DNA of 64,000 nt from Cycas panzhihuaensis (Eukaryota; Plantae; Cycadophyta): positions 91,271,741-91,335,740 of the forward strand of contig CM041465.1 of the NCBI GenBank assembly GCA_023213395.1. The letters run 5' to 3'. Below, in pieces: positions 52,964 to 64,000 of the stretch. Under the pieces are notes generated by a model. The model saw nothing but the letters and a program-made list of their open reading frames with translations. It searched no databases and had not been told where the DNA came from. The number at the start of each line of letters is the position of its first letter. Position 1 is the first letter of the stretch. Position numbers and translations under genes: made by a program.

Positions 52964-54537
52964 AAGGAAATAATGAAAATAAGTATGTATAAAGAGGTGA
53001 TCACAATATTTAGTATTAGATAAAATTAATCATTGACTTATTTCAAATGAATATTGAAGTAAGAAAGTTAGGTTACTATTGAATTTTATAAATAATAAAA
53101 CCATTAACTTTTAAACATAGATTGACACTAATCAACAATTATGAAATTTAATTTAACGTTAAGAAAATTGAATCAAACAAATGAGTAGTTTCATGATTCA
53201 AACCAATAACTGATAAAATAGTAATTTTAATTAAGTATTAATAAACTATGTGAAATATTTAAGAAAGTTGTATGGAAAATGATATAGTTAAGTAATATAT
53301 TTGATAAATGAATTAATGTTTATTAAATTGAATCATTAAAGTTGAGGTACTATAAAGAAAATTTGTAAAAGAAATCATGTACCTTAACTTACCTAGTTAT
53401 GATAGAAGACTTAACTTTGAATAAGATTTGGTAGGTCAAAATTATGTCCTATTAGCTTAAGTGACTAGTCAGAGCATTCATATCTAAATCAACAATATAA
53501 AGGTTCTTCTGGAATTGAATTTGTATTATGTATGGTAAAGTTATAGTAAAAAAACCATAAGTACCCCCTTTTGAAAAAAATAAAAGAAAAAAATAAAAAT
53601 AAATAATTTGAAATAGGGGCTAAGCCCTTTTTAAGTTTGGATTGAGGTCATGTAGGAGGATAACATGACCAAGGGGCTAGCAGGTAGGAGGTTGGCAAAC
53701 CTGGCCCTAAATTTTAATTAAATTAAATTAAACTAAACTTTAAAAAAAATAAAAAAGGGAAAAATAAATGGATCTGAAATAACAATGAGTTAGATTTAAT
53801 TATTTTTGTAATTATAAAAATGTTTTATGAGAATAGATTTTATTTGGCATTTTCCCAATTGCTAAATAGACTTTCCCCAAGAGTTAAGGTTTCGATCATT
53901 TTATAGGAGGTGGAGTGGTCATGGTAGACATCCTTTCATTTGTAGGTGCTTCATCTTTGTGTTTCCCCTTCATTATGATTCCTCTTTAATGATGTTTTCT
54001 ATCCTTGAAATCGTACCCTAAACCTCCAAGCAAGTAATAGATCCATTAGTAGAGCACCTATAAGAGCCCTTTTTATTGGGGTTTTAGGTTCATTTAGTAA
54101 ATCATCAAGTTAGGAAGACTACTCTTCTATGAGAAAACTTTTCAAAGAAGTTCATTGATGTTGCTTATCATTGTGCTTCCTCTCCATACCATCATGGTTA
54201 ATTGCTCGAGTTATATTTCTATTTATTTGTAGGTTGATTAAAAGGATTTATTCTTTGTTGCAAGCTTCATTTCATCCTACATGTCTCATCACGTCCTTTG
54301 TTTATTTGCAGGTTTTATACAACTTTATCTCTTGGTCTTTTCTATGTTGTGTCTTTCAACATCTTTGTCTATTATAAGATGATGGCAATTATGAGGGTTT
54401 TATAGAAAAGGAGATGCAATTCCCTTCTTCGAATAGTTTGGAAAAAAAATTGGGATTATTTTAGTACTTTATGAGGCAACTATATTTGGGTAACTTGAAA
54501 TATCTGTCTATGTAATCAGAGCAAAAATTTGTGGATG
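52964..54537 (-). repeat. Duplicate of the Copia-3 5' leader (donor ~32339-33899)
   Basis: Continuous same-orientation alignment, about 88% identity in spot checks. Confidence 0.92.
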
Positions 54538-57500
54538 TATTTAGATCTACATCTACTATTTTTCCAATAAATATAGTATTTCCTTCCTTAAAGTTAGGCA
54601 AGGTAGGACTTATAAAAGATTGAGGATCTTTTAAGGGTTGATATGGGCTAGGCAAAGGTGACTTAGGATGTAGGTACTTATCAAAGCTAAGATTTGGATG
54701 ATTAGGTAGAAGGTTGGGTATAACTTTGGCCAAGTGCTCAAGAATTACTTCACCATTCTTAAAATAATCAAGATGAAGGAGGTCTCTAAGGATAAATCCT
54801 TTAGGTTGAGTAAGAGGATGATGAAGAAAATCTGAAGGAGATGTCTTTAAAAGGAATACATGGTCTTGATCTGGAAGCATATCTATAATTCTAGGAACAT
54901 AGGATGAGGGATTAATTTGATTGGGAAATTCTTAATTTGATGAATTAATTTAATAAAAGTTAGACATATTAGTTGGGTGGGGGGGGGGGGGGGGTTAAGA
55001 GGAGGTACATGAATGAGAGAAGGTAGAGTATCCTCCTAAACATTTGCCTTGGTCGAAAGAGAGGTAGTAGTAATCATGTTGATTTCTATAATTTCTCTCT
55101 TTTATGTTAGACTTAATTTGGGAGGGCTATCTGAAGGGGATATCTCATCTTCTATTGATAAGAGGTCTAAATACCTATGCATAAGAAAATTCTCAGTGTG
55201 CCAATTAAATCAAGTTGTTTGAAGGGGAGACTCATGATAAGATACTTCATTAGATGAGAGGGTGGTAGCCTAAGAGGAATGTACTTATTGAGAAGAATAA
55301 GAAATAGATGTAATAGTGATCAAGGCATCTTCTACATGATGTAGGCAAAGGACACATCTAAAATTTGACTCATAGAAGGATGAGCCAAATGAAGTGGTTT
55401 CTTGTGATAAAATAGAACTATATTGAAGTATACCATCATCATCATTATTTTGTGGTGAAGAAGAGGAGGCTTGATAAATCAAGTCTTGTACTATTTAAGT
55501 AGGATTGATCAAGAATCTTCTAGAGTGAAGGGATAAAGTCTCTTCTATAAAGGTAGGAGTGCATATAAGAAAAGGTTCCAAAGAACTTTAAAATATTTCT
55601 AAGTGTGATTAACTTGATAAAGAACTTTCCCCTAAGGGAATAATGTTAATCATGTTAACACTCTCAACTTCCTACTCAGGCGTTGAAAGAGACTTAGTGG
55701 CAAAATAATATCCAGAAACCCAAAGATTGGTAAAAATACTCGAAAGAGTTAGAGGGCTCTCTTGTTTCCATGATTGTTTTCACAAATGGAATATACTACT
55801 TAACACATCTCTTATTTTATTTAATGACCTTCAACTCCCCTTCATGAATGAATTTAAGATCACCAAAGAGTAATGAATAAATAATGGATATCTAGTTGAT
55901 CCAAGGCCTCACTAGTAGGATATTACAGTCAAAGTCAAGGTTAATGATGGTGAGGTTGACCATAACTATCTTCCCTTCTAAGGTGATGGGAAGAGTGACT
56001 TGCCTTAAGGGTATCTTTTAGTTCTTATCATATCCTTGACAAATCCACTCACAAGGTTCATAAGCAACAATATCTAAATCTTCTATAAGATGAAGGGGGA
56101 TTGTGTTCACTAATGAGCCTTCATTAATAATGACATATTAGATGTTGATTTTATCTTTATGTATATTAATGTAGAATGGAATGGATATCATTAAGGTTCA
56201 TTTTCTTCTCATTAGGTAAAATGGAAGGATAAAAAGAAAGGGTAATACTTATTAGGAAACTAGAAGTAGGAACCCCAAGGCATCAAGTAAGAGTTGATGT
56301 TACTCTAGGAAAGTCCATAATAAATCCATAACTAAAATCTCAATAAGAATAGTCTTCAACTTATCAAATGATTAGAAAGATCCATCTTTCATGTTGGAAG
56401 GGATGGACCTAAAATTAATAGGCCTAGGTGGGACATGGGGGCAAGGATTCAGGCGTTTTAGTTCGAAAATCTTTAAGAGATTTAGATATAATTAGGTTCT
56501 ATATTACGTTGACCATATTAATTATTCTCTTAGTCTCACCACCTTTGGCATGGTTGGTTTTAGTTGTTTGTCTATTTTCCACATCTCTTAGGTGAGGTGG
56601 TACATTTCTTGTTGGGTTTAGAACCTAAGACCTCATTATCACTCATATCATCTTATTTAATCTTTCCTTTATTTTTGTCCTTAGTATTCTTAGGATTGTG
56701 GTCAAGTAAAAGGTCCTTATAGATTAATTTATCTTGATTTATCTTAGAAGTAGGATTATTAGTACTTTGAGATTTATAACCCATGGCCTAAACCACACGA
56801 CACTTATCTCAATTATGAGTATTGGTTTGATGCCAAGAACACCAAGGAGTCCTCTATGGTGGGAGAGTAAAAGGGTCTTACCATTTTTTCCCTTCAACAT
56901 AATGAATGGCTTTAGTTTCTTTCTTCTAATCAAGAAAAATGGGATTTTTAACACATAGATTAGTGTTGATAGTATTCTCAAGGACTCCAATAGAATATGT
57001 ATGTTGATCATATGTATGGTCACCTTGAGTAAGTATGGCCCCTTGAGAGGAGTCCTTTTCCAAAGTAGGCTTGCCAATCTTTTTTATTCCTACTTGAATC
57101 TTGAAAGCTTTGAGTGTTAAATATTTATCAATAGCTTCCCCGTAGATTTGAGGACCTCTAAATAAACATGAGGTCTCAAAGCCTAGTAAAAATATCAAAT
57201 AAGAGGCTTGAATCAAGGTAGGAGTGGCAAGCATGGATTAGGTCTAAGAATTATCTTACAAAGTTATGAGATGAATCATCATTATTTTGTTTGATGGATA
57301 TAAGAGACTTGATACTCATTTTAAATGGCTTAGTAATATCAAAGTAGTTGATAAAAGCATCAACTAGTTATTGGAATACAAAGTTAGAAGCAGGTTGAAG
57401 GCAATAAAACCACTTCAAAGTGTCACCTTGAAGTAATTTTAGAAACAACCTTATCATAACATAATCATATGATAAGAAGTCAATACATGCAAGTTCAAAG

Positions 57501-59308
57501 TCTTGCACATGTTTGATAGTATCTTGTGTTGATTCTCTAGAGGATTTTAGTAACTTAGGAATAAAAGGACTTCTTACAAAAATTGAGTTCTCATATAGTC
57601 CATAAATGGCCTCCTCAGCTTCAATCTAAAAATGGGTTGAGAAGGAAACTACTAATAAGCAATGGAAGGGCTATATGAGGGTTACTCATAATGTGGAGGA
57701 TGGAAAGGAGTGAACCATGTAATAGGGCTGAGGTGCATTTCTATCTAGAAAATGGGATACTATTGAGATAAAGAAATATATTATAGAGGAAGAATTATAT
57801 ACTGTAGGTATAATTATTGAGCGTAAACAAGTCTAAGACCATGAAATGATATGGGCCCTCTAGTTGCCTTAGGTATTTGTTATTAAGGGATGCAATGATT
57901 GATAGGAGGAACATGATCATAAGGACCTCTATATGAGCCTCGGGATCTAACATAGGTGTAATATATGGGAAATGGAGGAGTGGATGGTGTGGGTCCTTTA
58001 TAAGACTAATAGGTGGAGGTCTCCTATTATATGCCATATGTTGATGAGGTGAGGGAAAGGATTCCCTTGACTAAGGTGGGAAGCATCATGAGAAGGGATT
58101 GTACTTATGGGTGAAACATACAAGGTGATATTAGGGAACCTAATACATCATATAAGAGATGGACCTCTATTAGGCCTAGTATTGGGGAATTGATATGACA
58201 TAGAAGATTGGTGTACATACCTTAAAGTAAGTTAATAATCTTAGTTAGTTCTCTCAAGTAGGGCATCGAATAAGATAGGAGGCATAGGTGGAACATGGGA
58301 TCCTCCTTGCATGGTGTTAGCTTATCCTTGGCTTGAGAGTGAAGTGACCCAATATCTCCTATTTCATTAGGGGAAATAAGAGGTACCTTTATGGTAAAAG
58401 GATGAGACGAATGGGGTGGGGGAAGAGCATTTCATGGATAGGAATGGTCAAGAAGTGGAGGCTAATATTCCTTAAGGTATGGCTCAATTACTCCTAATGC
58501 TGCTCATGGGGTAGATGAGTAGGTAATGATATGTTGTGAGTATCTTGATAAAAGGTTCCCTAATATCCTAGGATAGGGATACAAGAGTAGATCCTAGTGA
58601 GAAAGGGTTAGAAAAATGGATGTGAAATATGGTCTACATGTACCTCTTCATGAATAAAAGTAAAGGCTACCAATGAAGGATCCCTTAAGTGTGGTTTGGG
58701 GTATTTAGTGCAGTCTTTTACTATAGGGACTTTGTATAAATTAGTAGAGCCTTTAGGAGGATGAACATATATCTCATAATCCTCATAATTAGAATAGCCT
58801 TTATAAGGCACATAGCCTTCTCATGCTTCATAATCTTCATAGTGATCATACTAAGAGTCTTGAGGAGGGAGGACTTATTGCCTCCTTGGTCTCCTTGATT
58901 GAGTAGGATGAGAAAGAATCTCCATCGAAATAGGGACACAAAGTTAGCAATGAAATCTCAATGAAAGGATAAGAACCCTAAATAAGAATGAAGGATTTTA
59001 TCTAATCAAGGATACAAAGAGGTAGGTGCAATACCAACTAAGAAATATTATCTTATGAAGGATCTCAAGAAAATATGAAAGATTTAGGGCTAAAACATGC
59101 AACTAGAATGTTTTGGAAACTCCTGAATATGGTCACCATAAATGATTTTATGTCTTGGAGCCAATCACTTATTAGATATATATGAAATGAAACTAAGTTG
59201 ATATGTCTCAAGGGTTGACCTTGTAACCAACCTCTTTGAAGAGGTCTCTTTACATATGTGCTAGATGAAAAATATAAAAATTAAACTAACTTGCAAATTA
59301 AAATGTTG

Positions 59309-59388
<80 letters not shown>

Positions 59389-61151
59389 AAAGTGAAATAA
59401 AATCTAATAACTATTACTATTCAAATTAATTGAATAAGCAAAATAAAAGTCCCCTTAACTTCAAGAAGGTCACAAACAACTTTTCAATAGGTGGAAAGAT
59501 CATTGAGGGTCTTTACCCCAAAGCTAATATCTTAGGTTCCCTCTATTTCTATCTTGAAATCCCTTTTATAGATAAAACTATAACCTAGACCTCTATACTT
59601 ACCAAAAAATAAGTAATCTACATAACACAAGATAAAGATTAGGAGGACTAATGAGTGCGAGGATCCATGATAGCTTAGACCCTAGATTAATGACCCTATT
59701 AAGGGTCAATTACTAAGGAATCCCTCACCTAATAATGATCCATCCATAAGGATGAATAGCCTAGAGATATTTGTGTCTAATTCTAATAAGTTTTCACACT
59801 TAGAGGTGATAATAGAAGAGAGAAAACTACTCTCAACCTAAAGGATAATAGCAATCCATCTACTTTAAAATTTAGATTATGATTGGAAAGAGATAATCTC
59901 AAGGAAGGGCTAGTCTATACACCAAGGATGTCAAGTCTTACTCAATCCAAAAACTCCTAACCATGAGAAGTATTTTTCCTTGGGAGAGGATAAGTTTATA
60001 TACTAGGAATGCCAAGTCTTAAGTGATTAAGCAAGTCCTAAGTAAAGAGATAAGCCCAACATAGAAAGGACCAAATAATAGCAATTCATATTTATATACA
60101 AGTCTAGCATATAAATTAAGATTAAATACATACAACAGTCTATACATAATGAACCAATCAAAATATGTATATATAGATATATTTTCTTTTATTTATTTTA
60201 TTTCAATGAATTATAAAAGGAGATAACTAAGCATACAAGAAAATATGGACTTTAAGTCCTTTTGTTACACTTACATTTATTTGGGTTGTGATTATTTCAC
60301 CTTCTTTTTAATCTTTTTGTGACCTATTTACTAAAAGGTAAAAGAATATTATAATCAATGAAAAATACAATTATAACTTTTGATTCCAAATCATGCATTC
60401 ACTTCCCATCCTTTTATTCTTTTCAGTAAATAAGGAAGAGAAATTCATCAATGATTTAACAAGCAATGTAAGTGAAAGTTCATTGTAATAAAGCTATGAA
60501 GTAATAGTTTTGTCATCTTTTGATTATAATCATTTTAGAATAGATCCAATTGATCAAATAATTAAAAGCATTGGATATTATAATCATCATATTTAAAAGA
60601 AAAATCTAGATATAACTTTAGGAAATTTATCAAAATTCTAGTAGTATTTTTACTACACATGAGCAATTTTTATAGTAAATTAATACTATAAGTTACCTAG
60701 AACTCTATGGAAGAGAGTATAGACACTAAACTAATTAAAAGAAGATACCTTTCTTATCATTTATTTTTTTTTATAAAGAGTTGGATTAATCTATTCAACC
60801 CCTTTTGGGACCAAATTCCTATAGTTTATTAATAGGAATAAGTAATGGTAAAGAGTGATATAATTTGATATTAGTTAATATATTAATTGAAACTGATTTA
60901 ATGCCATAAATTGAACCCTTTTAGTATTTCAATTAGATGAAATGAGATGGAGATCAAAACTAGTTTGATCCTTAGATCATGATAATAAAAAATAACAAAC
61001 TTTAATAGAAATTATAGAAGTTTTAATGAAAACTTCTTTTTTTGTTTTAATATTCTTAAGTTGAGCTAAAGTAAACTACTCTAACTAGAGAAATAAACAC
61101 TAAACTATAGAAAAAAAAAAACTTTAAACATAGTGAAAATAGATGTAATAT
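54538..61151 (-). mobile_element. Duplicate of the Gypsy-1 linker, protease, gag and leader (donor ~15140-26470), lacking the solo LTR and the SIRE-like insertion
   Basis: Continuous alignment, about 85-95% identity in spot checks; paralogous ORFs 57795-58037 vs 18974-19270 and 56739-57077 vs 18081-18308. Confidence 0.92.
59311..59385. repeat. Compound (TC)19(TA)18 microsatellite
   Basis: Read directly from sequence. Confidence 0.97.
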
Positions 61152-62170
61152 TGTAAGAGATTAATATATCGAGGTCATTTATATAGATTAATTAAGTGAT
61201 CTTAGGATATATTGTTAGCATTAGTATCTTAGTAAAATATACTTTATGTGCATTTAGATTTAATTTTGGGTTCATGTCATTAGGCAAAAAAATTATAAAC
61301 TTAATGCTCGCATTCAATAATAAAAGGTGAAATTTCAAGGAGGGAGTCATTATTCATTATCATCTCTAAAAGTTTTACTCTCATATCTTGTTTCATCTCT
61401 TTTTCATTCTCCATTACCATTATGTGTATGTGAGTGATTTATTTCTTAGATTCATCCTTCCTTCATATGGTATCAGAGTTAAAAGGAGATCTATTCACTC
61501 TATTCCACTTACATGGAATCATTTTGCTTCTCCTTCACCTTCAATGTAAAGTATTGAAATTGCACTCATTATTTTCAAAATTTTAAGAGTTTTTTTATCA
61601 TGCAAAGTTTGTATTTTATTTACAGCATATTTCAATATCCTTTATTTATTTGTAGGTACATTGAGGATCAAAGTTATTAGTCAAAAGAAGGTTTCCTAAC
61701 TTTAGGCACTTGAGAAAAATTAACTTTTTATCAAATTTTACAGCTAATTTTAAATTTTGTTAAGGGAGTTTCTATTAATTTTTTATCATAAATAAATTAT
61801 CAGTTATAAAATATATACTATAAAGTTGTAGGGTAAATTTTCAAGTACTTATAGGTGGCAGAAATAAGCCTAAATTATTCAGGAAAAAGGTTGTTTAGCC
61901 CTATGAGAGGTGAAAATTAAAACTTATCCATTTTAGCTAAAAAATTTCAAGGAGGGATACCCAAGTAAGAAAAATATTTTTGTCTTCTACACTATCTCCA
62001 AATTTTGTCTAGATTAGCCTAAAAAAGTAGAAGTTTAGTTGGCTCTAATCTGACTATGTTTTTGAGAAAATTTCTCAAAATTTTGAATGTATGTCAAAAT
62101 TTCTTAAGGACTTTAGTAGATCTAGCCTCAAGGAATCCAAAAAATCAACTTTTATTAGGTTTGATATACT
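61152..62170 (+). mobile_element. 5' LTR (61152-61467), PBS and leader of a plus-strand LTR retrotransposon inserted in the duplicate and interrupted by a LINE
   Basis: TGTAAG start exactly where homology to ~26470 breaks; PBS tggtatcagag 61468-61478. Confidence 0.8.
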
Positions 62171-64000
62171 AGAGAAGGTAGAGACGACGGACCTGCTCTG
62201 AGACGTCGACGGAACCTGCAACTGGCGGCTAGGGTTAAGAGCGTCCGAAGGCAAGGACGGGGGGGCATCCCCCCAGAAGAGAAACCTCAATGGCGTAAGC
62301 CAGTTTTTGTTCCGGAATCCTCACGGGTTGGAATAGTTTGGCGGTGGACCTGTTTTCCGGAAGCTTTGACTAATGATAGGGCAGTAAAGAGATGCGACGG
62401 CAGCGTCTATTTCTCAGACAAGGGGCGGCTTGATAGTAAAAGCAAAGGTAGAGGCAAGACGGAGAGGGGACAGAGAAGTCACCCTGGAAAAGGCACGCGG
62501 GCCATATACCCTAAGGGATCGGGGATCCAGGCATTCTCTGGCAGTGCGGTTTTGGGCCAAGAAGACATTTTGGAGTTGCAGGCCATGCAGCTCCAGACAT
62601 AGGCTACGATTCCAAGTTTGGAAATCTGGAAGGCAGAGAGGCAGGACAACAAGGAGGGTAGGCTTTGCAAAGACCTACATAAGTTACAAAGGTGTGAACT
62701 ATGTGAGCTTATTCTGCTTTTGCAGTTTGCTTGAGTTTTTTTCTCTATTGTTTATATGATGCAGTCATCTCTAAACCAATCTCAGTCCTCTCCTTCTGGG
62801 AGGACTTACCGTGAAGTTTTAAATAATGGGAACCATGAGGAACTAGACATATCTCCTATTAAAATTGGAAACATATTTAAACTAACAATACCAAAAGAAG
62901 TCACCGAAAGAACTATCCAGTATTGGGATAATGATCTAGTAGCGTGTTCTCGAGTCCGTGCCGGTTTGGACCCTATCAGGGAGTGGATAAGATATAAATG
63001 GAAAACTAGAAATCCCGTCCAGGTTATGGCATTGCCTAAAGGGTGTGTCTTGTTTAGGTTTTCTAGCCAGGAGGACATGATCCCCATTTTGCTGAAATCC
63101 CCATGGATATTCAGGAGGAAGGACATGACATTGGAGAAATGGCATCCAGATTTCGACCCAAGCATCCCTGTGGTTAAACAAGCTCCGGTTTGGGTTCAAC
63201 TTCCAGGACTTCCCCTTCATTTTTGGAATCCAGAGACGGTAAAAGGGACAGCCAAAATGATAGGGCCTCTTCTAGCTGTCGATTCGGCTACCAAACATAA
63301 ATCTAGATTGATGAATGCCAGATTCTGTGTGTTGGCTAAGCTCGAGGGCGAGCTCCCGGAACAGATAGAGTTGGAATCGGATGGGAGGTCCATTAATCAA
63401 GGTTTATTTTATGAGGTGGAGACATTCAGGTGCACAAAGTGTAAGATTCGGGGGCATCTCCTCTTTCAATGCCCGAGTATCCCGAGGAGGGAGGATATAC
63501 AGGAAGATATCAAGGGGGAAATTGGTAGAACAGACAAGAATGACAATGGAGAGGAGAAAGGGGATAGTACAGAGGAGGTGCCATGCTATGTGCGGGGTGA
63601 TGGGGAGGCCTCTACTGGGGTTTGTCCCTTAGAAACGGAAACTGAAATGGTGGTGATCAAGGAAACTCAGGGAGGAGGAGGGGAGATCCCGGTGGAAATG
63701 GAATCTGGTAAAGGAAAGTCTAAAGATGTTGAGAACGCTGGTTTCCCCTGTCTGGCAGAACCAGAGGACCCAGATCAGATTCGGGGGGAAGGTGATATCT
63801 GAGCCTCAACTGATGAGGCACTTGCTAAGCTGGCTAAGAACATAAACTGGGATTTAGAGGATTATTTTTCTGAACCCGAGGAGGGGGTCCCGAAAGACCA
63901 GAATCAAGAGGAGAGTCAGGTAGGAACGGTAGTCGAAGGAGGTAGGGGTGGTGGGGCGAGAGGCTCAGAATCAGGCAGAGGGGGTGGGTCACATAAATGG
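62171..64000 (+). mobile_element. Young L1-clade LINE, 5' UTR and ORF1, running off the window
   Basis: Abrupt switch to GC- and CpG-rich sequence near 62171; long ORF with plant L1 ORF1 motifs. Confidence 0.9.
62756..63802 (+). CDS. L1 LINE ORF1 protein (DUF4283 RRM-like region plus CCHC zinc knuckle); stop probably premature
   Basis: G.VLFRF..QED...IL..SPW.F, LEKWHPDF, PVWVQLPGLPLHFW, CTKCKIRGHLLFQC. Confidence 0.88.
   Translation: MMQSSLNQSQSSPSGRTYREVLNNGNHEELDISPIKIGNIFKLTIPKEVTERTIQYWDNDLVACSRVRAGLDPIREWIRYKWKTRNPVQVMALPKGCVLFRFSSQEDMIPILLKSPWIFRRKDMTLEKWHPDFDPSIPVVKQAPVWVQLPGLPLHFWNPETVKGTAKMIGPLLAVDSATKHKSRLMNARFCVLAKLEGELPEQIELESDGRSINQGLFYEVETFRCTKCKIRGHLLFQCPSIPRREDIQEDIKGEIGRTDKNDNGEEKGDSTEEVPCYVRGDGEASTGVCPLETETEMVVIKETQGGGGEIPVEMESGKGKSKDVENAGFPCLAEPEDPDQIRGEGDI

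Noticed and set aside
54461-54880. 139-aa ORF as a novel chimeric gene
   Set aside because: It simply spans the rearrangement junction at ~54537 (Gypsy linker plus Copia-3 leader); no evidence of function
52964-61151. Assembly artefact or simple tandem duplication
   Set aside because: About 10% divergence and copy-specific insertions argue against a mis-assembly duplicate; the intact donor and permuted order do not fit a plain head-to-tail duplication
1-62170. Fungal RIP as the cause of C>T decay
   Set aside because: The element lineages and the DUF4283 LINE are plant-type, so plant CG/CHG methylation is the simpler explanation
340-62290. Short ORFs (60-140 aa) in the track as host genes
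   Set aside because: They fall inside retroelement remnants, as pieces of gag/pol or as off-frame or antisense AT-rich chance frames; no host exon structure was seen
62806-63632. Antisense and alternate-frame ORFs over LINE ORF1
   Set aside because: Expected shadow frames in GC-richer coding DNA; no recognisable motifs

Overview
AT-rich plant heterochromatin made almost entirely of nested, decayed retrotransposons. I found no host gene, rRNA, tRNA or CRISPR. An old minus-strand non-chromoviral Ty3/Gypsy (Tat/Athila-like) element (gag-pol about 20159 down to 1637) carries five insertions: three full-length Ty1/Copia elements (1869-7247, 8370-13714, 27510-34829), a solo LTR (16756-17373) and a gag-only SIRE-like element (20891-25053). 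All five have recognisable 5-bp TSDs. To the right lie a decayed LINE RT fragment, a chromoviral Gypsy pol fragment with a 3.9-kb non-autonomous insert, a truncated Copia with a 2-kb insert, further fragments, and a young CpG-rich L1 LINE (ORF1 from 62756). The most striking structure is 52964-61151, a duplicate of this same locus in circularly permuted order: donor ~32339-33899 is joined directly to donor ~15140-26470, while the donor is intact. This is the arrangement expected if a circular DNA intermediate reintegrated nearby. The old sequence shows heavy CG/CHG C>T decay. Identities quoted are hand counts over short windows, and lineage names are by motif recognition, not database search.
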